Source of the DNA: Octopus sinensis
Taxonomy: Eukaryota
Direction: 5' to 3'
Assembly (NCBI RefSeq): GCF_006345805.1
Contig: NC_043018.1
Coordinates: forward strand, 21,638,001 to 21,702,000
Length of the DNA stretch: 64,000 nucleotides
Shown here: one piece after another, positions 23,501 to 37,029 of the stretch
Layout: each line of letters starts with the position of its first letter
How positions within the stretch are numbered: the first letter of the stretch is position 1
The notes under the pieces: model-generated
Seen by the model: the letters and a program-made list of their open reading frames with translations, nothing else
What the model was told of the DNA's origin: nothing
The model's database searches: none
Position numbers and translations under genes: made by a program

Positions 23501-23700
23501 AGTCTGGGACAACAACAGTGACAAGCCTGGGACGACAGCGGTGACAAGCCTGGGATGACAACAGTGACAAAGCTTCGATGACAAGTGACAAGCATTGGAC
23601 ATTGATGACGATATAAGCCTTGGATGACAATGGCAACAAGCCATAGATTTGGACAACAGTAACGTCAAGCGCTGTGGATGACGACAAGCCATAGATGACA
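20560..23700. repeat. Satellite of 23-bp monomers with a central 89-bp higher-order repeat
   Basis: Units tgacaagtctgggacaacaatgg (23), tgacaagccagggacaacag (20), tgacaagcctgggatgacaatgg (23), tggcaagcctgggacgaccacag (23); ctgggacgac recurs at 21961 and 22050. Confidence 0.95.
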
Positions 23701-24149
23701 TTGGTCCAGGAAGAAATGCAAAGGTTATGGGTACCACCTCCTCCATCTACTAATTATACACAAATACATATTATACATATTATATTACAGAAGCAGCCTA
23801 TGTAATGAATATTAATTAGGACATCTCACTTAACTTGGATGTGCTGTTTATAATGCCATAGACTCTGGTGAATATACCAAGTGCAAAGAAGCATCGAATT
23901 CTATTGGTTAATCAGTGATGATGAAATTTCATCAACCAATAGAATTTGGCATTTATTAGCACTTGTAGTCAAGCCAAAATGATTTTGCGGCATTTTCACT
24001 ACATAGCATTATAAACAACACATCCAAGTTAAGTTGGATGTTATAATATACATAAATGTATACACACACACATACATGTATCTTTTTATCTTTTACTTGC
24101 TTCTGTCATTAGATTGTGGCCATGGAGGTGCACACCACCTTTTGTTACA

Positions 24150-24455
24150 TATAATTTGTGCGCCCTTTTCAAACCTAGCTAGGCTCATAGGCCCAGTTTT
24201 CCAGTTTCTATGGCATATGTGTTCCCCCCAGCTGGACAGGATGCCAGTCCATCGCAGTGTTACTCAATAAACAGGAAGAAAGAGTGAGAGAAAGTTAGGT
24301 GAAAGAGTACAACAGGGGTCACCACCACCCCCTGCCGGAGTCTCGTGGAGCTTTAGGTGTTTTCGCTCAATAAACGCACACACAGTCTGAGAATCGAAAC
24401 CGCGATCCTCCAACCGTGAGTCCGCTGCCCTAACCACTAGACCATTGCACCTCCA
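24150..24455 (-). mobile_element. SINE family C, tail type 3
   Basis: Family C head and body, then ...ctgcgatggactggcatcctgtccagctggggg..., reminiscent of a V-SINE-type domain. Confidence 0.7.
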
Positions 24456-25094
24456 CACACACACACACATTAAGATAGTAAAAAAAAAGGATCTACTTTG
24501 AGGGTCCGCATTTGCTGTTATTGCCCATGTTGAATATCCCATGAAGTGGCTCCCTCATTGGCTGGGATCACTGACTGTTGAATTATGGGATAGGTACTGT
24601 GTTGGGTTATGGGATGTGCACTGTGTTGTGTTGTGTTGGTTATGATATGTGCGTTGTGTTGTGTGTGTTATATTAAGGTAATATGTGTGTACGATAGTGG
24701 TGTGGTGATGTTTTTACTAAATTTCACTCCTGAAATGACCAACATCATGGTTTAGTAACCTGAAACTAAAATCAATAAACTATAACTGACTATTCTGAGA
24801 AACAGCCATAAATATTCCACCATTTCTGCCGCTGTCGTCAACAACAACAACAACAAATCTTAACGTATTACATTATCTCATCTCAACTACCCTCTACTTT
24901 GTTTACGAACCTGACAGAAATAATAACTAATTTATCCTCAAAACAACATCTTAACATAGCCTGAGGTATACTGTGTCTCTAAAAACAAGATGTGATAGCT
25001 ATGGTTGGACTGACTTACCTATGGACCTATTTCCTTATCCAGAACTGACTTAGGGTAAAACATCAACTGCTACATGCACAAGAATGGTAAGAGG

Positions 25095-25695
25095 GTTGCT
25101 GGTATCGCTTGCTTCCCAACCATGTAGTTCTGAATTCCGTCCCACTGCATGGCATCTTGGGCAAGTGTTTCTACTATATACTTCTTTATTGCCCACAAGG
25201 GGCTAAACATAGAGGGGACAAACAAGGACAGACAAAAAGATTTTAAGTCGATAACATCGACCCCAGTGCGAAACTGGTACTTTATTTATCGACCCCGAAA
25301 GGATGAAAGGCAAAGTCGACCTTGGTGGAATTTGAACTCAGAACGTAGCGACAGACGAAATACCGGTAAGCATTTCGCCTGGCACGCTAACGTGTCTGCC
25401 AGCTCACCGCCTTTTCTACTATAGCCTTAGCTCAACCAAAGCCTTGTGAGTGAATTTGGTAAATGTTAACTGAAAGAAGCCTGTTGTGCTTGTGTGTGAG
25501 TGTGTGTTTGTCACCTGCCATTTCTTGACAAACGGTGTTGGCTTATTTACATCTCTCTAACTTAGCGATTTGGAAAAAGAGACTGATGGAATAAATACTT
25601 AAGAAAAAGTACTGGTGCTGATTTGTTCGACTAAACTCAAGGTGGTGCCCCAGCATGGCCACAGTCCAAAGACCAAAACAAGTAAAAAAGACAAA
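25095..25695 (+). mobile_element. Diverged family A copy interrupted by a family B copy
   Basis: Family A sequence breaks at ...gtttctactata and resumes at tttctactatagcc. Confidence 0.8.
25179..25412 (-). mobile_element. SINE family B, full length, 11-bp TSD
   Basis: tttctactata at 25168-25178 and 25413-25423. Confidence 0.9.
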
Positions 25696-26178
25696 GACAT
25701 CTACAACTTCTCACAACAACAGGCCTTAACGTATTACATGATCAAGCTATTCGAATGACTGCTAAGTAAGGCAAGGGGGTAAAAAGATCATAGTATTCGC
25801 GTAAGCGCACCTGTTCATACCTACACATGTGCATCCGCACACCCACATCCTTCACACGCCATGTGGCCACTGCTGGTGTCATGTAAAGGACACTCGTGAA
25901 ATTGTAATTGTGACCATTTTTGGTTGCATGATCTTCAAATGTTAGACCTTACGGAGGAAATGACAAGTGACTGAGACCTTGGTGATAGGCTGGGCTTGAG
26001 AAAACTCGTCAAGCCAAGTGAATTGGATTTATTAAAATCGATTGGTGAGGGACTTTGACTTCAGACTTTGCTTTTGGATTACCTGGAGTTCTGTACCAAT
26101 CTGAAAGCATTTTGTTAACTTGGTTTATTTGTATAAACAGAGAACTTGTGAAGTATTGATAACTCTCTCTCTCTCTCT

Positions 26179-26222
<44 letters not shown>

Positions 26223-26264
26223 TCATCGTTTAACGTCCGTTTTCCGCGCTAAACGATGATGATG

Positions 26265-26309
<45 letters not shown>

Positions 26310-26384
26310 TAACCTTCCTTCATTGAACACAAAACTCTGCTTGCGAAGACCTGTTGAGGCAAGTGAAATTGAAATCAAAATCAA

Positions 26385-26822
26385 ATCCGATGACTGGCAT
26401 CTGTGCTAGTGGAGCGCTAAGAGCACCATCCGACCGTGTGTTCGTTGCCAGAGCAGCTGACTGGCTTCTATGCTGGTGACACATAAAAAGCACCATTCGA
26501 GCGTGATCGCTACCATCGTCGCCTTACTGGCACTGAAAAAATACTCGAGCAAGGTCGTTGCCAGTACCAATGAACTGGCTCCTGTGCAGGTGGCACATAA
26601 AAATAAACACCATTTGAGCATGGCCATCGCCAGTACCACCTGACTGGCCCTCGTGTCAGTAGCACATAAAAGCACCCACTACACTCTGAGTTGTCGGCGT
26701 TAGGAAGGGCATCCAGCTATAGAAACTCTACCAGACCAGATTAGAGCCTGGTGCAGCCATCTGGTTTGCCAGTCCTCAGTCAAATCGTCCAACCCATGCC
26801 AGCATGGAAAGCGGACGTTAAA
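26385..26822 (+). mobile_element. Family D, diverged long variant
   Basis: Degenerate internal units, then ggcgttaggaagggcatccag...ggaaagcggacgttaa. Confidence 0.75.
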
Positions 26823-26838
26823 GCATATGTATGTGTTT

Positions 26839-27130
26839 GAGTGAATGTGTGTGTATGAGTGAATGTGTGTGTATGAGTGAATGTGTGTGTATGAGTGAAT
26901 GTGTGTGTATGAGTGAATGTGTGTGTATGAGTGAATGTGTGTCTATGAGTGAATATGTGTGTGTGCATGAGTGAATGTGTGTGTGTGCATGAGTGAATGT
27001 GTGTGTGCGCATGAGTGAATGTGTGTGCATGAACGAATGTGTGCATGAGTGAGTGAGTGTGTGTGTATGTGTGTGTGTGTGTGTGAGTGAGTGTGCATGC
27101 TTGTTTGTGTGTGTGTGTGTGTGTGTGTGG
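26839..27130. repeat. 18-bp minisatellite (gagtgaatgtgtgtgtat)n grading into (TG)n
   Basis: gagtgaat at 26839, 26857 and 26875. Confidence 0.9.
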
Positions 27131-27532
27131 TAAAGCCTGACCTTCACTCTCAGACGTTGCATTATTTAAACTATTTCCTCTGACTAAAAAGACTAAATTC
27201 TTAACTGCTGAGCTTTGCTGAAATATTGCCAAGATAATGACGAAAAGGGGGTGAAGATGGTGGGGAGAAATATAGAGGAGAGAGAGAGAAAGAGAAAGAG
27301 AGAGGATATTAGATATAAAAGAAGTCATTACACAGGAAGGAAGGAGCAGGAGAGAGAGAGAGAGAGAGAAAAACAGAGAAAAACAAGGAAGAACCAAGTT
27401 CTGAAGAGGAAAAACAATTTCACAATAAAGAATTTCTATTGAAACAAAAATTTATCTAAGTTTAAAATCAAAAATATATTTAAAATTTCCTGACATTTGT
27501 TTTTCTTTTATGATTATTATTATTATTACTAT

Positions 27533-28075
27533 TATTGAGTGAGAGAGCAGTGCATGCCGTCAAAGTGACACTGGGGTACAAATATATAAAGCCCATTATA
27601 CCCATCATGACTACCAGTCTGATAAGGGTACGCCAGGGACATGCATCACAACCATGTGTGTGTGACATGGTGATCTCATATTAAGATAAACAGTGCATGT
27701 GAGTACAGTTAGAATTTTCTTCGTGTCTAATGGCCCATCCCACTCAAAAGGTCCCTGAATAAGGTTTGCTATAAGGATGATCAACAAAACACTGATGTTT
27801 CCAGAGGTGAATTATTCAAACCCCAAAGAATCCCTCTCAACACATGGCTACGATGCTCCCCCACTTCTGCTCGTGATCAGAGATGCACATATCGTCAGCC
27901 ACTAAGGGACATGCTCAACAGGTTAAGGTCAAGCAACTGACAACCAAATCTGAAATATTGAGCAGAATATTTGTTGTAGCCCACCTTTTTATACCAAGTC
28001 AAAACAATGTACATGATAACACTTCCAACCAGTTAAGATCAGAAGCCATGAGAGCCACTGCCTGGTACTGCATCA
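27533..28075 (-). mobile_element. Interspersed repeat family E ((AAT)n tail on minus strand)
   Basis: Clearly homologous to 59945-60352; both begin attattgagtgagagag on the plus strand. Confidence 0.75.
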
Positions 28076-28088
28076 CGGCATTTATTAT

Positions 28089-28545
28089 TGGCGAGCTGGC
28101 AGAAACGGTAGCACATCGGGCGAAATGCCTACCGGTATTTCGTCTGCCGTTACGTTCCGAGTTCGAATTCCGCCTGGGTCAACTTTGCCATCCATCCAGG
28201 GTCGATAAATAAAGTTACCAGTTTCGCACTGGGGTCAATGTAAACGACTTAATCCCTTTGTCTGTCCTTGTTTGTCCCCTCTATGCTTAGCCCCTTGTGG
28301 GCAGTAAAGAAATATATTATTATTATTATTATTATTATTATTAAGGGAGTGAGTTGGCAGAATTGTTAGCACACAGGGCAAAATACTTAGTGGCATTTCG
28401 TCTGTCTGAGTTCAAATTTCGCTGAGGTCAACCTTACATTTCATCTATTCGGGGGTCAATAAAATAAGTACCAGTTGAACACTAGGGTCAATGCAATCGA
28501 TGTAACTCCTACTCCCAAAATTGCTGACCTTTACCAAAATTTGAA
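28089..28545 (+). mobile_element. Two adjacent family B SINEs separated by (ATT)n
   Basis: Copies at 28089-28313 and 28343-28545 with different tails. Confidence 0.82.
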
Positions 28546-31043
28546 ATTATCACCTTACCACCCTGACCACCACTACTGGCAGTAGCTGTTATATAGGTAG
28601 TAGTAGTAATAGTAGTGGTGGTGATAGTAGTATTAGTTAAACCAATGGAAACAGTAAAACAGTAAGGACAATGACAACTCACAAAGGGAACCATTGCTTG
28701 GCTGCCCTGTAAGAGTCAAATGCTAGAAATAACAGCCAAACCTCACTGATAATGTAATCCTAGACAAGCAGCCAAAAAGATGGGATGGTCATGTCTGGAA
28801 CACCTTTGAGCCTATACTACTACTATACTACTACTACAGCAGCCACTGTCATTATTAGTAGCAGTTGTAGCCTCATAGATTTGACCTGGAGTTAAACAAC
28901 AGCTGTTAGAGTGCAAATAATAAAGCTGTTACAGTGTGAAGATCTCACCATAGATTGGTCTTCCTTTTCTCTCATATGTATGCGTGTGTGTGTGTGTGTG
29001 TGCACGCGTGTGTTTTTGTCTTATCTTTTACCTGTTTCGGTCATTTGAGTGTGGCCCTGCTGGAGCACTGCCTTGAAGAATTTTTTAGTATTTGTTTATT
29101 ATTCTTTTTTTTATTTTATTTTTTTTAAAGCTCGCTAATAATTCTATTGGTCTGTTTTGCCAAACTGCTAAGTTACAGGAACGTAAACAGACCAACACCA
29201 GTTGTCAAGTGGTGGTAGAGGACAAGCACAGACGCAAACACACACATGTACATATATATACAGACACAAAGATACACACATACATACATACATATATATA
29301 CATACATACATATATATACATACATACATATATATACATACATACATATATATACATATATATATATATATTATACATACACACACACAAACACAAAAAT
29401 ACACACATACATACACACAACAGGCTTCTTTCAGTTTCTATTACCAAATCCATTCACAAGGCTTTGGTCGGCCCGAAGCCATAGTAGAAGATATTTGACA
29501 AAGGTACCATGCAGTGGGACTGAACCCAGGACCATGTGATTAGGAGGTTTAGCAAAAGAATTTGATAGAATAAGTATCAAATTTTACAAAAAAAAAAAAA
29601 AATTTACTAGAGTTCATTTGTTCAACTAAATCCTTTAAGGTGGTGCCCCAGCATGGCCGTGCTCATATGACTGAAACAAGTAAAAGATAAAAGGAAACTA
29701 AAAGCAGCAGAAACTGTGCAGAGGAGGAAGGTTAACAGGTACGATAGGGGTTATCGTACCTCAGATGATAACATCTATAAGACTCCTGGTCCGATCTCTT
29801 GGGTAGAGAGTCACAGCTGGAATATCACTTCAAGATATGAGTCAACAACAGAAGCTCTGCTGTTGTTGTTGTTGGTTAACCTTAGATCGGTTCTAATCCA
29901 ACAGAGCAGGATTTCAACTCAACACACGAAAAACCAGTACAAATGTTACGAGGTTTTTCTTTTTATCCTAGTTATTCAACAGATCCTGTTAGCTCTCTGC
30001 TTCCCTACCCTGTATAATAATAATTATAATAAAAATAATAATAATAAAAATAATAATAATAATAATAACAATAATAATAACAACAACAACAATAATAATT
30101 CTGTCTATTATTGGCACAAAGCCAGAAATCTTTTGAGGGCGGGGAGCTAGACGATTGCATCAACTCCAGTGCTCATTACGCCTATCTGTCCATGTAAACA
30201 AAAAGAGGGCATTGACATACCAAACAGCAGAAACTGCCATGCTGGTTTTTTTCTATAGTATCTCACTGCTTGTGATTCTGACTCAGTTTCTCTAAGGGGT
30301 CAAGTACGGGGGAGATCTGACCTCACCACTTAGCCCCAGGTAGATTCTCTGTCAACACGACACTGGTCCAGCACGCGTCTCCCATTCACGTGACATGATG
30401 CCAACACCAGCAGTCGTCTTAACAGTAGCACACATCGACTAATTCTGTTAAAGGCCATTCAAACTCTTAACCAACTTATATATTTCACTTGTTTCATATT
30501 ACATAACATTACACGGACAATCATGTCTCTCTCCATCAGCACTGGATTTAGACCTAATGGAAACTCATGAGCCAATAGGGTCTTTTGGAGGAGACTCTAA
30601 CCCTACAATTTTGCTAATTGAAAACTTAAGATAATAATGAGGACCCCATTGAATCTAGAGTCCCTAAATAGTCTGAAGAGGCTCCTGAAACTTAAAAGGG
30701 CCTTGGTAGAGTCAGAGGGAATCAGTTAAATTTAACTGCTTTTTAAATCTAAAGGGGCCCAATAAATAAAGATACAATAAATATAAAAGAACTATTGGAT
30801 TTTAAAAAAGTTAAACAAGTAAAAATAATTGCGAATTATTTACTTGATTGGTGTAATCAAGTATATTTAAAAAATTTTTTAGTGCCAAGCTTTAGCCTTC
30901 CCAGAGTTAAAGGGGTCCATAGATAAAAGAAAATGGCCTAGAACCCCTGATGTATTCTATTCTTTTCCCATCTTTAATACCCAGCTGTTCTCTCACCTCA
31001 CTTGTACTCCTATTTCATAACCCGTCCAATAGAATATACACAA

Positions 31044-31461
31044 ATAGGTGCAGGAGTGGCCATGTAGTAAGTAGCTTGCTTACCAACCACATGGTTCTGA
31101 GTTCAATCCCACTTCGTGGCACCTTGGGCAAGTGTCTTCTACTATAGCCTCAGGCCAACCAAAGCCTTGTGAGTGGATTTGGTAGACGGAAACTGAAAGA
31201 CGTCCATCGTGCGCGCGTGTGTGTGTATATATATATGTATGTGTGTATATGTTTGTGTGTCTGTGTTTGTCCCCCCAACATCGCTTGACAACCAATGCTG
31301 ATGTGTTTACGTCCCCGTAACTTAGCGGTTCGGTAAAAGGGGCCCGATAGAATAAGTACTAGGCTCACAATGAATAAGTCCTGGGGTCGATTTGCTCGAC
31401 TAAAGGCGGTGCTCCAGCATGGCCGCAGTCAAACGACTGAAACAAGTAAAAGAGTAAAGAG
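31044..31461 (+). mobile_element. SINE family A, full length
   Basis: Complete head, internal SSR and tail. Confidence 0.88.
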
Positions 31462-31939
31462 ATATATAAGAATATATATTACTGGTGTAGGCATCATGTG
31501 GTATGGAATGGATAATGCGTGCAGGGTGAAAGAAACGTCACATTGACAGTGGGAGGTAGTCGAGGAGAATGTGATGAGATCACATTACAAGGATGCTTGA
31601 CCTCTAAGATGAAGTGACTCAGAATCATGGCAAGTGGTACAATTCTGTATGTGTAGCCAAACCCATCCAACCCATGCCAGGAAGGAAACTGGAGAGAAAG
31701 GAAATCTAGTTTGAACGAATTTAGCTAAAGACAATCAAGTGGTGGTGGTGGTGGTAGAGGTGGTGGTAGTGAAGGTGGTGGTTGTTATTTGACTGGGCGG
31801 TATCTTTTATCTCTTATCTTTTATTTGTTTCAAGCATTAGACTGTGGCCATGCTGGGGCACCACCTCGAAGAATGTTTAGTTGGAAGAATCAATCCCAGT
31901 ACTTATTCTATCCGTTCTTTTCCCAAACCGCTAAGTTAT

Positions 31940-32195
31940 CATCATCATCATCATCATCATCATTTAGCGTCCGTTTTCCATGCTAGCATGGGTTGGACGG
32001 TTCAACTGGGGTCTGTGAAGCCGGAAGGCTGCATCAGGCCCAGTCAGATCTGGCAGTGTTTCTACGGCTGGATGCCCTTTCTAACGCCAACCATTCCATG
32101 AGTGTAGTGGGTGCTTTTTACGTGCAACCCGCACAGGTGCCAGACGGAGCTGGCAAACAGCCACGAACGGATGGTGCTTTTACGTGCCACCGGCA
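31940..32195 (-). mobile_element. Family D copy inside a minus-strand family A copy
   Basis: Family A pieces at about 31810-31940 and 32195-32375 flank it. Confidence 0.75.
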
Positions 32196-33134
32196 TGAGG
32201 ATGTAAACAAACCAACACTAGCTCTCAAGAGGGGACAAACACAAACACAGACACAGAAGCTTCAGTCCACCTGAGGCTATAGTAGAAGACATTTGCCCAA
32301 AGAACCGTGTTGTGGGACTGAACCCAGGACCACGTAGTTGGGAAGCAAGCTTCTTACCACACAGCCATGCCCACATATATTACTGAATTAAAACAAAAAA
32401 AAAACCCACCACAACCCACATTATCCAAGAGAAATGGATGGAAGGAATGTCACTTTGCAAACACCTCCTGGATGCATAAAGAAGGAAAGATATCCCTAGT
32501 TAGATAAATGAATAACAGGAATTTGTTTGGATGGCATGGGACGTGGTGAGAAGAGAAAGGAAGATGACAGAGATGGAGAGAGAAGGGTCAGTGAATGCTT
32601 TGGAAAGGAATAAACATGGCAGGACATCAGAGTGAACAAAAGGGAAAGGAGGTCACTAAAGGGTGGCTGAGAGTGGTAAGTGAATGGTAGTGCAGGGAGA
32701 TTGGTGGGGCCAAGGGGGGAAAGGGGTCAGTGAACAATGGTACAGGGTGGTCAGGAATTACAACCGTTTCATGTTTCGTGGTCTGCTACCACAACAGCTC
32801 CTTTATAGGATCCAGTTAGCTCAAGACATCATCAGGAGGAACCACGTCCGGTTTCGGCCCCTACTCCTCTACCGTTTTGATGTGGCGGGGCACCCTCCTT
32901 TCGGAGGTGTCTTCAACTCTGGTGTTGGGTGCATGTCTTCTCTCTTCTTCTTTCTTCTGTTCCCTGGCCTCTTCGATGTATCGTCAGCGAGTGTCAGCCG
33001 GTGACTGACTGTCTTGTCAAATTTTTCCCTTTAAATACCTGCCGTGTAATATTACAGTAGAGAGAACAGGGTTGTCTCCTTTGCTTGCTCATTAAAACCA
33101 AGTCCAACAGACTTTTTCGATCAGTTCTAATATA

Positions 33135-33368
33135 CAGGGTTGACCATAAGTCACCCAAGTGTGAATCAAAATTCCATAAACACTATCTGTAATTCTGTAT
33201 CGACTCAAGTGGAAAAAATGTGTTACTCAAGAAGGACTTCAGTTTGAACAATTTTCACAATGTTTCATATTTAGATGCTTTTATCAAATTCATTCAGTTG
33301 TTAAACATAAATATATCTTGGAATTAAATGGTTTTGATTTACTGCCAAGTGACTTTTGGCCAACCCTG
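33135..33368. mobile_element. Tc1/mariner-type MITE with 20-bp TIRs and TA target duplication
   Basis: TA-cagggttgaccataagtcac ... gtgacttttggccaaccctg-TA (18/20 TIR match). Confidence 0.85.
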
Positions 33369-33754
33369 TATTTGGGACATGTTTCACCTATAAAAAAAGC
33401 TATTTTTGTTGTAGTTTGCTTTAGAGGAAATTTCTTGCTTTAGGTAAAAAGTTGTAGACATTAAAGTTATTGCAGAGTTGTCCTCCTTGGTATTTAATAC
33501 TGATGAGAGAATAAAGAGCAGGAAATACCTATCTTAGTCCACTAAGGGTGCTGCAAAATGACTTTGGTGTTTAAAACCTTTTGCCGAAGGCAAGAATTTT
33601 TTCCCATGGCAAACCTCAGTGAAAATGGCCTTTCTGCTGATCAAATATGTCTCAAACATATTTGAACTCAACGAAAAGTTTCTTTATTCACACCACTGCT
33701 TCATGTATCAACCATATAACAATGTTAATTACTTCCCAGTATTTGGTCTAATAA

Positions 33755-34241
33755 AAGGCAGTGAGATGGCAGAATCGTTAGCACACAGGACAAAATGCTT
33801 AGCGGCAGATCAACTGTCTTTACTCTCCAAGCTCAAATGCTGCTGAGGTCAAGTTTGCCTTCCATCCTTTTCAGGGTTGATAAAATAAGTACCAGTTGAG
33901 CACTGGGGTCAATGTAATCAACTTACTCCATACCCCAAAATTGCTGGCCTTGTGCCAAAATTTGAAACCAATATTTTGTCTGATAACCAGACTTAACCCC
34001 ACTGTAGTTATTCTGCGAGCCGGCAGAAACGTTAGCACACCAGGCGAAATGCTTAGTAGTATTTTGTCTGTCTTTACATTCTGGGTTCAAATTCCACTGA
34101 GGTCGACTTTGCCTTTCATCCTTTCGGGGTCGAAAAATTAAGTACCAGTTACTCACTGGGGTCGATGTAATCGATTTAATCTGTTTGTCTGTCCTTGTTT
34201 GTCCCCTCTGTGTTTAGCCCCTTGTGGGCAGTAAAGAAATA
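33755..34241 (+). mobile_element. Two family B SINEs
   Basis: Copies at 33755-33966 and 34015-34241. Confidence 0.82.
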
Positions 34242-34622
34242 TGTAGTTATTATGTTATAAACACTGAATATAATCAAAGTCCATAGTTCAATTAAGTACA
34301 TAGTTAGCACCCCTCTTTTATAATTAAATCAATAATTAATTTAAATGCGTAAGTGTAGCTATGGCTAAGTGGTTAAGAAATTTGCTTTCTAACTACATAG
34401 TTTTAGGTTCTGTCCCATTGCGTGACACCTTGGGCAAGTTAATTGTTTTCAGTCTGTTTTATAATGGTATTTTCTTTGTATCTTTTTTATTTGTTTCTAT
34501 TTTTATCTATTTATATCCTTACGCCTACACAAAAGAAATCACTTTACAAGTTGAAACTGTGTGTGTGAATGTGTATGTATGGATGTGAGTGTATGCATGT
34601 GTGTGTGTGTGGTGTGGATGAT

Positions 34623-34664
<42 letters not shown>

Positions 34665-36544
34665 TGTGTGTGTTTCCTTGTTGTGACTGTAAATAAATGT
34701 CGACGTCATCATACGTGGGATCCTTCATATTTAATCTTTTATGGAAACATGTTTGGCCATAGAGAAATACTGCCTTACTTGGGAAAAGACGACGGTCATC
34801 AATATCCAGCTGTGGAAAACCTGCGTCAATCAATTCTGACTGACCCATCCCAAACGTTGGGCCAAGTGGCTGTTAAAATTATGATGATGATGATCATCAT
34901 CATTATTCAATGTCTGTTTTCCATGCTGGTATGGGCCGGATGATTTGAGAGGAACTGGTAAGGTCAGGTTCCGTTGTCTGTTTTGACATGGTTTTTGCAG
35001 AAGGATGCCATTCCTAATGTCAACCACTTTATAGAGTGTACTGAGTACTTTTTATGCGACACCAGCACCAGTGCTTTTTATGTGATGCCAGCACTGATGT
35101 TCACCAAGTACTCACATACATACACGCACGCACGTCTGTGTGTGTGTATCTCCATATCAAAACGCTGTCTAAGATTTAATCAATGATGTCTCCCTAACTG
35201 ACTGATCCACCACACCACATTCTCTGACAATTCTATCTCTATACCCCACAGTCTTGTAACTGTTGGGCAGACATGTGAAGAATACAAGGACTTCATTCTC
35301 CAAGACTCTGAAGACTTCTCTGTCAGGACTTGTTTCTGTTAAATTAGCAACCATTCCTAGAAATAAACCTCAAATTTTTCTCTATAACTCCAAACACAAA
35401 AAGGTTTATACGAAGTCTTTGCTAAAAAAGAAACTAAATATTGGCTGTTTAGGCACAAGACAGCCTCTGATCAAGCAAACCTATGATCAAAGCATTCCAA
35501 CAATGGCCATCCTATATTATTTATAGACAAAATAGGCATGTGTCTTCTACTATAAGCTCTTGGACAACCAACGCTCTGTGAGTGAATTTAGTAAACGGAA
35601 ACTGTATGGAAGCCTATGGTACATGTGTGTGTGTGTATCCTACCCACTGCTTGTCAACTTATGTTGATTTGTTTACATTTCAGTAACTTAGCAGTTTGCA
35701 AGAGAGACTGATAAAATATGTACCAGACTTCAAAAAAAAACAAAAAAACCATAAGTACAGGGGTCAATTAGTTCAACTGAAAGCCTTCAAGTGCTCCAGC
35801 ATAGCCACAGTCCAACAAGTGAGACAAGATAAAACATGCATACATCTTAGTGTGAGGAAAATTTTGCTGCTATTTCTAGCAGGTCGAGTAACCCCCACAC
35901 AGCAGGTCTTCCTCAATGTAAATACAAGCAACAACAACGTGAAGAGTACATGGTTTAAAGAGTACCAGAAGAGTACTAGAACAAGTGGGGATGGGGGGGG
36001 GGAGGAGAAGGCTGGTATGGGCAGAGAGAGAAGCACTAACAGCGATGATGACAGAAAGAGGAATATGAAAACGTAAGTGGTTCTGATGGCGCCAGAAATG
36101 GTAGATTTTGGAAGAACAGGCAGGGCAAGTAGCAACAGAAACAACAACATTACTTGAACATTACTCATCTATACCCTACCTAACACAGATAACCAGCTCG
36201 GTTCCACCCCACCAACCACCAACACCACCACCACCGCCACCGCCAACAGTGCAGCTGCCACCAACCACCAACCACCACCACCACTACCATCACTATCAAC
36301 ACCACACTCGTACCACAGCAGTTGCCACCACCTACACACACACACACACACTCATACACACAAACACACACACTCATACACACACACACAAGTACCATTG
36401 TTTATAACAGCTCCATTCTGAATTTCCTTAGGATTCTTAGAGAAAGCAGGTGCACAATATTGGATTATAAGCTGGAGTGTAGGATACACACAGACACACA
36501 CACACACACTTTTGTATATATTCATATATAAATTTAAATATGTA

Positions 36545-36575
<31 letters not shown>

Positions 36576-36625
36576 ACAGATATATACATATATTCACAGA
36601 TAGTTGTGTGTATGTGTGTGTATAC

Positions 36626-36656
<31 letters not shown>

Positions 36657-36883
36657 ATGTATATAAATCTACACACACACACACACACACACATTTTTGT
36701 ATATATGGATAAATTTAAATATGTGTCTGTATAAATGTGTGTGTATAGATATATACATATGTAAACACAATATTCATAAATAATTATGCATATACATATG
36801 TGTGTATGTATATATATACATATATACATATATATATATACGTATATATATACATATATATATACATACACACACACAAACAC

Positions 36884-37029
36884 ACATAATAATAGGCAAA
36901 GGTTTTGCAAGTGATTCAAAGGCAGAGATCTGTGTGTGTGGATTTATATATATATATACATATATATAAATCTACACACACAGATCTCTGCCTTTGAGTC
37001 ACTTGCAAAACTTTTGCCTATTATTATGT
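36884..37029. repeat. Fold-back inverted repeat (about 68-bp arms, TA-rich centre)
   Basis: acataataataggcaaaggttttgcaagtgattcaaaggcagagatctgtgtgtg mirrored by cacacacagatctctgcctttgagtcacttgcaaaacttttgcctattattatgt. Confidence 0.9.

Noticed and set aside
20560-23700. CRISPR-like appearance of short direct repeats
   Set aside because: There are no unique spacers and no cas genes, and the context is eukaryotic.
20358-23746. Three ORFs of 920-1068 aa rich in Cys, His, Pro and Val
   Set aside because: They come from an 89-bp satellite lacking stop triplets on one strand. All three frames are open and the period is not a multiple of three.
32760-32900. Minus-strand CGAAACCGG and CTGATGA close together
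   Set aside because: Their order and spacing did not give consistent stems I-III, so it was not counted as a hammerhead.
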